A stretch of DNA of 64,000 nucleotides from an uncultured Planctomycetota bacterium (GTDB taxonomy: Bacteria > Planctomycetota > Planctomycetia > Pirellulales > Lacipirellulaceae). Within the stretch, counting starts at the first letter, position 1, and each line of letters begins with the position of its first letter. The stretch is taken from positions 416,001-480,000 of the forward strand of contig CAVRBU010000002.1 of assembly GCA_963719315.1 (NCBI GenBank), read 5' to 3'. Shown here one piece after another: positions 10,260-19,221 of the stretch. The notes under the pieces were generated by a model. It worked only from the letters and a program-made list of their open reading frames with translations, was not told the origin of the DNA and ran no database searches. The position numbers were made by a program, and so were the translations under genes.

Positions 10260-10717
10260 TGGCTGGTCTCCATCGGGTTTGAGGAAAGGGGAAATTCAGT
10301 AGCGGAGTTCTGCCGTGGCTCGGCGAGCCGGTCCAGCAACTCCTGCCAGGAGTACGTGGTCTCGGAATTGGTTCGCAGATTGCCGATTCGCACGTAGGGC
10401 CGCCAAGGGTTGGTCGATTCAAAAAAGTCGTGCACGAAGCGCAGCAGGGTTGTTTCGGTGTCGGCAGGCACGTCAAACTGGACTGAGATATAGTTGCCCT
10501 GGTCGCGGACCCGGATGAGCCCGCTACGGATGCCCAACATCCGTAGCTCATCCACGCCTTCGCGGGAGTATGGTGAAATCTGCTGGGCAGCTTCGATCGC
10601 GCGCGGATCTAGTCCAAGGTCGTTAAGCCGTGAGGCATCACGCATCGCCAGCTCGTGCCGTATTACCGAAATCCACTTTCGGTTTGAGGGGTTCAGCCAA
10701 TAGCCAGGGCCGGTCAT
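10256..10717 (-). CDS. Hypothetical protein
   Basis: MTGPGYWLNP... start at 10717 with GGTGA upstream; first gene of a coupled operon. Confidence 0.65.
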   Translation of the reverse strand: MTGPGYWLNPSNRKWISVIRHELAMRDASRLNDLGLDPRAIEAAQQISPYSREGVDELRMLGIRSGLIRVRDQGNYISVQFDVPADTETTLLRFVHDFFESTNPWRPYVRIGNLRTNSETTYSWQELLDRLAEPRQNSATEFPLSSNPMETSH

Positions 10718-11081
10718 CGAATCACCGTTGGTAGGTTGGAGAAATGGGAAGAACACAGAGAATGCGACGAGAATCCGGGGGCGAAGGAACCAAAAAACGG
10801 ACGCGCACAGCGACGCAAGAACACACACCGAAAAATCTCTTTTGGCACCGAACGCACTGTTTCAGAAGCCCCGCTAGAATCGCACCAAACGGCGCTAGAA
10901 CGGCTAATGCCTCAAACGCCTCTAGTACACAGTGTATGGACGAAACGCGATCCGAGCGATTACGCAGCCTTTGCTGCAGTGGCGGTTCATCTGGGGCGAT
11001 GACGCCCGGAGAGAAAGGGAGAAAAGCGGCGAGAAAGGGTCCGGAACCGAATCTGAGTTGTGTCCTTGAAATCGGTTCCTG

Positions 11082-12341
11082 TCACTGCTGATTCATTCTG
11101 CGAGCTGATTCTCCTCGCCGTTCCCAAAACGCCAAAACGGCGAAGGCCAGCAGGCAGAACGTGGTCGGTTCAGGGACATTTGTTTGGGAGGGGCCGGCGA
11201 GCGCAGAGCCGCTGCCGGGCGCGCCGAAATTGCTTCGCCACAGCGTGTACGCCTGCGGCGTGCCAATGCTTTTGCGCCAGACCACATAGTCGGCCGCGTC
11301 GACGGCGCCGTTGTTGTTGAAGTCGCCGTCCAAGCTGCCCGATACCACGGACCAGCCGACGTCGACCAATGCGCCGACATCCACGTTCGTTAGCTCGAAT
11401 CGCGTCACGCTGGGCGTGGAATTTGCCGTTGGCTCCATCAGCAAGTCCTGGAGGGTGTTCGCGCCAACGGTGCCGGCGTAATTCGGGCTGGCACTTGGGA
11501 AAATGAACGACTGGTAGGCGCCGTCCTGCCAGTGGTGGTTGGTCGCGCTAACTTCATTGAGCGCGGAAAGCGAGGCCGCGTTATCGCTGTTGTAGGCGGC
11601 GACCGCGTTCGTGCCCGAAAACTGTCCGCCGGAGGAATGACTGGTCCATTCCAGCCAACCGCTGCTCAGACCCAGCACGTGGCCGATCTCGTGCAAAGCG
11701 ATGCCGTAGAAATCAGTGCTGCCCTGGGGCGCCGCGGTATTCAGGTCGAAGTGCTAGGTGGTGCTGCCGTCGTTGTCGAAGGCGATCGAACCGCCCCAGA
11801 CAGGCAAGTTGTTGACGCTGCCCGTTGCGCGAAAGTCGCGGTTCAAATGCGAGCTGCCGCTGGTGAAGATCGGAGTGAAATTCGTGCCGGTGCCCGTCCC
11901 ACCTATGCCGGCGACGCTCAGCGAGCGTCCGCCCGCGTAGAGAATCCACTGATCGGCGGCAATCGCCCAAGGCCCGCGATATTCATTGGCAACAGCGGCG
12001 CCGGCGCCGACGATCGCATCGGTGGCTGCGCTGTTGGCCGCACTGACTTGAAAATCGGCGCCCGTGCTGGGATTCGTAAAACCGATTCGCGGGTCGTTGG
12101 CGTTATCCGTAAGCGTGGCGGCCGACAGGGACGTCGTAATAATCGCGCTGTAACGAGCCGCGGCCGCCTCCAAAACGTCCCTCTTCTGCTGGGTATTGAA
12201 GAAGGAATTGGTGTCGTAGCGGTAATCGACGGTGATATTGATCGCCGGGGCTTGATTGAGCGCGATGGTTGAGTGGAGGAACAGGCCCGCGAATGTGACA
12301 CGAGCCCAAAACCATCGGTGCTGGCGATTACTCGCGCCCAT
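11082..12341 (-). pseudogene. Secreted zinc metalloprotease (HExxH) with dockerin-like and PEP-CTERM tail, interrupted by in-frame TAG at 11754-11756
   Basis: Signal peptide; ...GSTT*HFDLN...ALHEIGHVLGL; GDFNNNGAVDAADYVVWRK; VPEP + TM + RR; both ORF halves share one frame. Confidence 0.75.
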
Positions 12342-12542
12342 AGCTGGCCCTCACTGAAGGAATGGCGTTCATCATAGGGCAGGCAGCCGCGATGTGCAAA
12401 CTTGGACAGGCCATCGTCAGGGCCATTCATTTGTTGAATCAGGGGAAAGTAGTTGGAGGGGTCTCCGACCCGGATGAGGCGATGCACTTCAATCCGTTCT
12501 CGAAGTTCAAGCGAAATCGGCGTCGGAGACGCCACCGTAGTG

Positions 12543-12635
12543 GTCGAGAGCGGAGGGTCGAGAGTCGAGGGCCGGAAAGTTGCTCGACCGCCGTCTTGAA
12601 TCCGGCTCTCGTCACTCGACTCTAGACCCTCGACC
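12543..12635. repeat. Inverted cluster of heptamer-type repeats (GTCGAGA/G ... CTCGAC)
   Basis: gtcgagagcggagggtcgagagtcgaggg ... ctctcgtcactcgactctagaccctcgacc. Confidence 0.5.
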
Positions 12636-12639
12636 TCCC

Positions 12640-13080
12640 GCCGGGCGCCACTGGCTTTGCCAGTGCCATTTGCGAAGTTGGTCAGATTAGCTAGTGCAGG
12701 GTGAGCAACTCACAGCTTGTGCTCGACGTGAACGGGGTAACATTAAAGTAAGGGTTCTAGCCGCAAGCCTTTGGCGGGAAGAGCACTGGCAGAGCCAGTG
12801 GCACCCGGCGAAGTTGGTCAGATTGGCTAGTGGAGGTTGAGCAACTGACAGCTTGTGCTCGACGTAAACGGGGTAACATTGAAGTAAGGGTTCTGGCCGC
12901 AAGCTTTTGGCGGGAAGAGCACTGGCAGAGCCAGTGCTATTTGCGAAGTTGGTCCGATTAGCTAGTGGAGGGTGAGCAACTGACAGCTTGTGCTCGACGT
13001 AAACGGGGTAACATTGAAGTAAGAGTTCTGGCCGCAAGCCTTTGGCGGGAAGAGCACTGGCAGAGCCAGTGGCACCCGGC
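12640..13080. repeat. Head-to-tail trimer of a ~135-bp unit punctuated by CACTGGCxxxGCCAGTG palindromes (BIME/REPIN-like)
   Basis: Core GCGAAGTTGGTC begins at 12672, 12808 and 12943; near-identical ~112-bp linkers. Confidence 0.9.
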
Positions 13081-13186
13081 GCATCGTCAAACGGCTCGGC
13101 CTCGAATCAACGCTGCGGCCACGCGGCCGGCCACGTAGGGAGCGGGAATGAAAGAAGCGCTGGGTTCCTTCGTTTTCCGTAATTCG

Positions 13187-13215
13187 TTGGCAAAATTTGC
13201 CAATTGGGGTACACT
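13187..13215 (+). promoter_or_regulatory. Predicted sigma70 promoter of parDE overlapped by a palindromic operator
   Basis: TTGGCA-N17-TACACT; TTGGCAAAATTTGCCAA inverted repeat 13187-13203. Confidence 0.6.
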
Positions 13216-13257
13216 TTCGCTGGGTGGTTCGTTGCTGCTTAAGCGAGAGAGTTACAC

Positions 13258-13559
13258 ATGCCCACGAGAAACATAAACCTTACGGATTACTTCGATCAAT
13301 TTGTGGCCGCAGAGATCGAGGCCGGACGCTATCGGAACGCGAGCGAGGTCTTGCGCCCGGCCTGCGATTGTTGGACGAGCAAAAGCGGGAGGAGCGGGAA
13401 AAGTTGAAGCTATTGCGGTCTCTCGCCTCAGAAGCGTTTACTCAACTCGACCAGGGACGCGGGATCGAGATTCGCGGCGAGCGGCAACTGGCCAACCTCG
13501 TCCGCCGCATGGGGCGTCGTGCCGCTCCCAGCGCAAAAGGTCGGCGGCGAGGCGCATGA
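13258..13559 (+). CDS. parD: ParD-type (RHH, CC2985-like) antitoxin, frameshift near 13357
   Basis: MPTRNINLTDYFDQFVAAEIEAGRYRNASEVLR then shift to GLRLLDEQKREEREKLKLLR; ATGA overlap with toxin. Confidence 0.8.
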
Positions 13560-13948
13560 GTCCGATGCAGCTCATCCTCGCACCCGCTGCGAAACAAGAC
13601 ATGGAGGCCGTGTTACGCTGGACACAAGAAGAGTGGGGCGAGCAAGCGAGGCTTCGATACGAAGCGTTGCTGGTTCGGGCGGTCATCGATGTCGCAACGA
13701 ACCCTGACTTGCTCGGTAGCAGCCGCCGACCAGAGATCGCCGCCTCTGCCCGCACATATCATTTGACTCACAGCCGCACACACGTCGCTATCGAAGTCGG
13801 CCGGGTCAAACGTCCGCGCCACTTTCTGCTTTACCGGACACGACGCGACGGAATCGTCGAAATCGGCCGCGTGCTCCACGAGAGCATGGACATCGCAAAG
13901 CATCTACCGGTTGACTTTCGTGCAGCCTCAGCCGGGGATGATGCCTAG
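13556..13948 (+). CDS. parE: ParE/RelE-family toxin
   Basis: LILAPAAKQDMEAVLRWTQEEWGEQARLRY...HFLLYR...VEIGRVLHESMD. Confidence 0.85.
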   Translation: MSPMQLILAPAAKQDMEAVLRWTQEEWGEQARLRYEALLVRAVIDVATNPDLLGSSRRPEIAASARTYHLTHSRTHVAIEVGRVKRPRHFLLYRTRRDGIVEIGRVLHESMDIAKHLPVDFRAASAGDDA

Positions 13949-14077
13949 TGCTTTGTCACAGCTAAAAATTGGGGTTGGGCGCATCAGCCGAAGGGCGCTA
14001 GCCCCGGGTTGTGCCGCTCCAACCGGGGGCTAGCGCCCCGCGGCTAATCCCAAAATCAAGCTGTGACAAAGCACTAG
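13945..14077. mobile_element. 133-bp MITE-like element with 19-bp perfect inverted ends beginning CTAG
   Basis: CTAGTGCTTTGTCACAGCT ... AGCTGTGACAAAGCACTAG, internal GGGCGCTAGCCCC/GGGGCTAGCGCCC hairpin. Confidence 0.7.
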
Positions 14078-14175
14078 GCCAAAGGAAAATGCGCACGCCA
14101 GAATAGCCGCACCACTTTTTGTTTTCTCGCGCGTGGATTGAACTGGTAAACGCGTCGCAGATAGTGGCAAAGCTC

Positions 14176-14345
14176 GCCGGGTGCCACTGGCAGAGCCAGT
14201 GCTATTTGCGAAGTTGGTCAGATTTGCTAGTTCAGGTTGAGCAACTGACAGCTTGCACTCGACATAAATGATGTAACATTGAAGTAAGGGTTTTGGCCGC
14301 AAGCCTTTGGCGGGAAGAGCACTGGCAGAGCCAGTGGCACCCGAC
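14176..14345. repeat. Single complete copy of the REP-bounded unit arrayed at 12640-13080 (same orientation)
   Basis: GCCGGGTGCCACTGGCAGAGCCAGTGC-linker-GCACTGGCAGAGCCAGTGGCACCCG. Confidence 0.9.
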
Positions 14346-14384
14346 GGCAACAGAGCCCGAACCGAAAAGTTTTGCGTCCTTTTT

Positions 14385-15317
14385 TCATCGCACGATCAGC
14401 ACCGAGCATGGTGCTTCGCGCAGGACTTGCTCGGAAGTGCTGCCGAGCAGTAGGCGTTTTAGCGTGCCGCTGCCGCGGCTGCCGAGCACCACGAGATCGA
14501 TCGCCTGCTCGCGGACCTGTGCCAGAATCTCTTCGGCGGGCCGGCCTTCGGCCACGATCAGTACCGCGCTTGTGAAGCTGGGCGGGAGAATCGTGCGGAA
14601 CTTTTCCAATTCGCCGCGGGCGGCCTGTAAGTGCTGCTGATGCTCCAGTTCCCAGGCGGAGGCCATCGCGGCCACGTCGGGGTCGCGTTCCAGCTTGAGC
14701 CAATCCGGCAGGTCGGCAATTAACATCGGGCGGACGACCGCCATCGCCCAACCGCGGGTTTCCGGCGGCCATGCGAATTGTTTCAGCAGCGCTGCGAAGC
14801 GCTCGGCGAATTGCGGATCGTCCTGCGCGACGAGGACGTGAACGTGTCGCGCGACCGGCCCGAGCGATTGCTTGGCTAGCTCCTCGCTCGCGAGCTGACT
14901 TTTGACGACGAGCACCGGCACCTTGGCCGCGTGCACGACGGCGCGACTGACGCTGCCCAGCATGAATTGCTCGATGATTCCACTCGTGCCGCGGAAGCCG
15001 ACGGCCACGAGGTCGGCGTGTTCCTCGTCAATGGCTTCGAGTAACCGGGCGCTGGCGTCGCCTGCCGCATTGCGCGTCGTTGCCCGTTGTCGCCACGCGA
15101 CCGGCAGGCGTTCGAGGGCCGCATCGAGCACGGTGCGGCTTAGGGCAGTGCGGGCCCGCTCTTCGATTGCCGGATCGAGCCGCTCATCCTCGAACGAGAC
15201 GGCCGGCGTTGCGAATAGTAGCACGAGCTTGTCGCGTTCCGCCGAGAGCAACCGGCCGGAAAACTCAACCGCCGCAAAAGAATTCGACGACCCATCGACG
15301 CCGACTAAAACTTTCAT
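14385..15317 (-). CDS. Universal stress protein, tandem USP domains
   Basis: KVLVGVDGS, ADLVAVGFRG..LGSVSRAVV, DLVVLGSRG..LLGSTSEQVLREAPCSVLIVR. Confidence 0.92.
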   Translation of the reverse strand: MKVLVGVDGSSNSFAAVEFSGRLLSAERDKLVLLFATPAVSFEDERLDPAIEERARTALSRTVLDAALERLPVAWRQRATTRNAAGDASARLLEAIDEEHADLVAVGFRGTSGIIEQFMLGSVSRAVVHAAKVPVLVVKSQLASEELAKQSLGPVARHVHVLVAQDDPQFAERFAALLKQFAWPPETRGWAMAVVRPMLIADLPDWLKLERDPDVAAMASAWELEHQQHLQAARGELEKFRTILPPSFTSAVLIVAEGRPAEEILAQVREQAIDLVVLGSRGSGTLKRLLLGSTSEQVLREAPCSVLIVR

Positions 15318-15470
15318 TCAGTAGTTCCAAGTTTGATTGGGAACACTAATCATCGCTAATCAACACTAATCGGGAATGCGGGAATTAGTAGAGATGAGTG
15401 TTCCAAGTGAGAATCTTCCGACTTCTATTGGTCCAGAGAGATTGGAATTGCTGCCATCGACTAATTCGCC

Positions 15471-16340
15471 TTACCCTCCCTTCTCCCCGTCGGACTTTCT
15501 CTGCACTCCCTGCTCCCCGCTCCTTGCTCTTTGCCCCTGCTCTTTCAGCTTCGGCTTGAAAACCAACCGCACCGGCGCGCCGAGCGGCGGGATTTTTTCC
15601 GTGAACGCTTCGAACTCCAGCTCCTCGTTCGACTGCGAACTTTTTACCGGAATGTCGAGCATCGCGGTGCCGAAGTTCGACACGCAGACGAAGTCGCCGC
15701 CCTCGGCCTGGTAAAACTTCTTGCCATTCTCCGGATCGATCCAAAATGAGCTGCCGCCGAACACGAACGGATACGTCATCGCTTTCTTCGTGTGTAGATC
15801 TTTCACCCAGTCCTGAGCGCGGGCCGTTTGCATTTTGCCCTGGGCGTCCTGCCAGCGAACGAGCACGTCGATCTCGGTGCCGGCCGGCGGTTTGTACTCC
15901 GGCTGGAATTGGGCCGGGTGGCCCGGTTCAGCGCCGAGGCTCAGCAATCCGGCGTGAACCAGATAGGCCTTCGTATCGGCCGAGACGATGGCTTCATGCT
16001 CCTTCGTGTTGCGCGTGCAGGCGAACATTTCGAGCATGCCTTCGCGGAGGCAGATTTGGCCGTCCACGAGCACTGACTTTTCCTTCGGGTCGATCCAGAT
16101 CGGGTATTTGGGCGATAGCCTACGGGCCCCGACGGGATCGGGGAGTTGCGGCGGCGCGGGCGGCTTCGATTCGGTCGAATCGCGCACCGACTTCGGCGAT
16201 GACGAGACGCCTGGGGTCGCATCGCCGCGCGGCGCCGCTTGCTGCGCTCGCGCAACCTGTATCATCAACGAGACCGACAACGTCATGCTAATCGCCACGA
16301 TAAGAACGCGGCGATATCGGTTTGGGCGTTTGTTATGCAC
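15471..16340 (-). CDS. Secreted YdjY-domain-type protein
   Basis: Signal peptide; ICLREGMLEMFAC..TKEHEAIV, FVFGGS, GDFVCVSNF. Confidence 0.7.
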   Translation of the reverse strand: MHNKRPNRYRRVLIVAISMTLSVSLMIQVARAQQAAPRGDATPGVSSSPKSVRDSTESKPPAPPQLPDPVGARRLSPKYPIWIDPKEKSVLVDGQICLREGMLEMFACTRNTKEHEAIVSADTKAYLVHAGLLSLGAEPGHPAQFQPEYKPPAGTEIDVLVRWQDAQGKMQTARAQDWVKDLHTKKAMTYPFVFGGSSFWIDPENGKKFYQAEGGDFVCVSNFGTAMLDIPVKSSQSNEELEFEAFTEKIPPLGAPVRLVFKPKLKEQGQRARSGEQGVQRKSDGEKGG

Positions 16341-16541
16341 CGCGACTTACTCCGTGTCCGCAAAACAGCGGGACTCTCGACCAGCTATGCGTGAATCTGT
16401 AAGATAGCGAGGCTACGGGCAATCGTCCAATTGCATCCAAGCAACTGGGTCTGGCAGACTCGACCCACCCTACAAATGCTTTGTTAAAGCGACATTAACC
16501 GTGGGCTAATCCGATAATCGAGCGGGAATGGTATTGTGAAC

Positions 16542-18356
16542 ATGGCCGTTGTTATTACCGAAGAATCTTTTACCTGCATGTCCGATCTGCAACCGCTGTG
16601 GCACGAGAAGGCGCCGCGCGCTCGTGGACAAATGCCCGGCCGCTGATCCATTTACTGGCTGGAAAGCGTGGCAAGAACATCTGCGCGGGCGTCGCAAACC
16701 GATCGTGCCGCCGTTCATCCAGCAGAAGAAGTCGCCGCTCCTGTGGGGCTGGCCCGTCGCTTGGCAGCGCGACGCAATCAAGAGGTCGCTCGAGTCGCCA
16801 ACCACGTTAGCCGAACTTGCGATTGGAGACGATGCAACGTCCATGCCCGATCTGCCGTCTTCGTTGCAGCTGGTGGCATTGGCCTACGCGCTACCGCGAT
16901 TGGCCCGTGAACTGCCGGCCGAAACGTGGTGGTTCCTCGTCGAGCGATTGTACATCACAGCCACGCAAGCGTGCTCTCAGCAATTCGATGGGACGGCCGA
17001 TCCGGTGGGCGTGCTGCGGAATCAACTGCTGGCCGGCGAATTGCCGCTGGCGCTCGGATACTTATTCCCCGAAGTGCGGGCGTTGCGAGCGCTGCGTGAC
17101 GCAGCGCGAGCAGTTCTCTCCGAAGCGCTTATCGAATTGACCGACGGCCAAGGTTTGCCTCACGCGCGCTTGTTGCCGATACTCGGCCCGCTGTTTGCCT
17201 GTTGGACTCGGTGCCGCTGTCTCGGCGAATATCTGCGCCGCGGCGCCTGGTCGCGCACGGCGGAACTTCAATACGAATGGCTGGTGCAGCACGCGATTCG
17301 TTTGGCCGATGCCGATGGGACTTTTTTGCTATCGTCGGAGAGCACTGGCGGAGCCAGTGGCACCCGAAGCGAAAAAAGTCCGTGGTGCGAGGCGCTGTTT
17401 GAAACGGCGCTCGAGCTGGCCGGCGATCGCGGCGATCATGCGGCGGCCCTGGCGGCATTGCCGGAAGGAATTGTGGATCGACCCGGCCGAATCAAGCGTA
17501 AGGATTTGCCGCGACCCTCGCTCAATTCCGACTGGGCCAGCATTACCGTGATGGCGGATGGCTGGTCGCAATCCGCGGCGCGGTTTGCGATATCCTACGC
17601 GCGCGATCCACTTTCGATCGAGCTTTCGGTGGATGGCGAACCGCTGTTCGCCGGCGATTGGGCGTTCAACACGATGTGCGATGGTCAGGCCGTGCACGCG
17701 GTTGGTGAATGGGAACAGCTTTGCTGGGAAACGGGCAAGCGGTTCGATTTGCTGGAACTGGGACTAAATCTTTCCTCCGGTTTACGCCTGGAGCGGCAAA
17801 TTGTGTTCGGGCGCGAAGATCGCATATTATATTTGGCCGACATCATTCTGGCCAACGACGGTGAGCCACGAAGACTACAACATTCGATTGCACTTCCGCT
17901 TGCCGGTGGCGTGCAGTGGAACGCCGAAGCGGACACGCGCGATGGTGTGCTCACCGCGGCAAAGTGCGCGCAGCCGTCATGCCGCTTGCGCTGCGGGAAT
18001 GGCGCGCGGACCCGCGCAGCGGCTCGCTCGCAGTGAGCGATAACCGCCTCGTGCTCACGCAAGAAGCGAATGGTCGAGCGATTTGCTGCCCGCTGTTCGT
18101 CGATCTCAAGAACAAGCGGTCGGCAAAGGAGCGAACTTGGCGCCAACTGACGGTCGGCGAAAACATGGAAATCTTGCCGGCCGATGTTGCCGTCGGTTAC
18201 CGCGCTCAATCGGGCGACGACCAATGGCTCGTCTACCGCTCGCTCGGCCCGGCCGGCAATCGCACGTTGCTGGGGCACAACGTCGCTGGCGAATTCTGTG
18301 CGGGCCGCTTTGTCGACGGGAAATTCAAGGAGTGGATCGAGATCGAATGTATCTGA
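16542..18356 (+). CDS. Conserved hypothetical protein, alpha-helical N-half and beta-rich C-half (frameshifts near 16615 and 17960)
   Basis: ORFs 16549-18036 and 17916-18356 join across a frameshift (GVLTAA/GKVRAAVMPLAL); ends just before yggS. Confidence 0.65.
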
Positions 18357-18414
18357 ATACTTGCGAATTCAGCTACACTTCCGATCAGAGCGAAGCGGTG
18401 TAGAATAAGGCACG

Positions 18415-19128
18415 ATGTCGATTGCCGAGAATCTCCGCCGTGTTCGTGAACGCATAGCTCGTGCCGCTGAGTCAGCCGGCCGCACCGCCGATGAGGTCCG
18501 GCTCGTCGGCGTGACGAAGTACGTCGGCTCGCGCGAAGCGGCCGAGCTTGCCGCCGCCGGCTGCCTCGACCTCGGCGAAAGTCGCCCGCAAGAACTCTGG
18601 AAAAAAGCCGGCGAGATCGCCGCGGGGACGAGAAGCCCAACGGCCGCCCCCACAATCCGCTGGCACCTGATCGGCCACCTGCAACGCAACAAAATCGCCC
18701 GCACGCTGCCGCTGGTGTCGCTCATTCATAGCGTCGACAGCGAGCGGCTCCTGGCCGCGATCCATGAAGCTCAGGCGACTGCGGGTGACAGTTCGCCACC
18801 GGTCAACGTATTATTGGAAGTGAACGCATCCGGCGAAGCGGCCAAGCACGGTCTGTCGCCGAATGACATTGAGCGGCTGCTCGCCGCCGCGACGAGTTAC
18901 CGGCACGTGGCAATTCGCGGATTGATGACGATGGCGGCGCTGGAAGGCGGCGAGTCCGTGGCCGCGCGAAATTTCGCATCGCTCCGCGAATTGCGCGACC
19001 GACTAATACAGAATGCGCCGAGCTGCGTCTCGCTGAGTGAACTTTCGATGGGCATGAGTGGCGATTTCGAAGTTGCAATCAAGGAAGGTGCAACCATAGT
19101 ACGCGTCGGCTCCGCTCTATGGCAATAA
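18415..19128 (+). CDS. yggS: PLP homeostasis protein YggS
   Basis: LVGVTKY, LGESRPQE, WHLIGHLQRNK, HSVDS, GLMTM, LSMGMSGDF, VRVGSAL. Confidence 0.95.
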   Translation: MSIAENLRRVRERIARAAESAGRTADEVRLVGVTKYVGSREAAELAAAGCLDLGESRPQELWKKAGEIAAGTRSPTAAPTIRWHLIGHLQRNKIARTLPLVSLIHSVDSERLLAAIHEAQATAGDSSPPVNVLLEVNASGEAAKHGLSPNDIERLLAAATSYRHVAIRGLMTMAALEGGESVAARNFASLRELRDRLIQNAPSCVSLSELSMGMSGDFEVAIKEGATIVRVGSALWQ

Positions 19129-19138
19129 AGACAAGGAA

Positions 19139-19214
19139 CACTAATAAACGCTAATCGAACACTAATAAGGCATGTTGCAATTGATAAGTGAAGATTAGCG
19201 AAGATAAGTGTTCA
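19139..19214. repeat. Inverted CACTAAT/ATTAG repeat cluster (related copy at ~15343-15403)
   Basis: cactaataaacgctaatcgaacactaat ... gataagtgaagattagcgaagataagtg. Confidence 0.5.
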
Positions 19215-19221
19215 GGCTACA

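Noticed and set aside
5540..11080. Prophage or integrative element
   Set aside because: No integrase, structural genes, tRNA target or flanking direct repeats were found.
11754..11756. Stop-codon reassignment or pyrrolysine
   Set aside because: TAG is used as a normal stop in many genes here (e.g. 1513, 13948, 23995, 63121) and no pyl genes are present.
12687..13037. 116-aa repeat protein ORF (and the similar ORF at 14030-14350)
   Set aside because: A by-product of the 135-bp period; the frame breaks at the 136-bp unit and there is no RBS or protein-like signature.
12640..13080. CRISPR array
   Set aside because: The sequences between the palindromes are near-identical ~112-bp linkers rather than unique spacers, and there are no cas genes.
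12640..13948. Type III TA system with repeat RNA antitoxin
   Set aside because: The toxin is ParE-like with a normal ParD partner and its own promoter downstream of the repeats.
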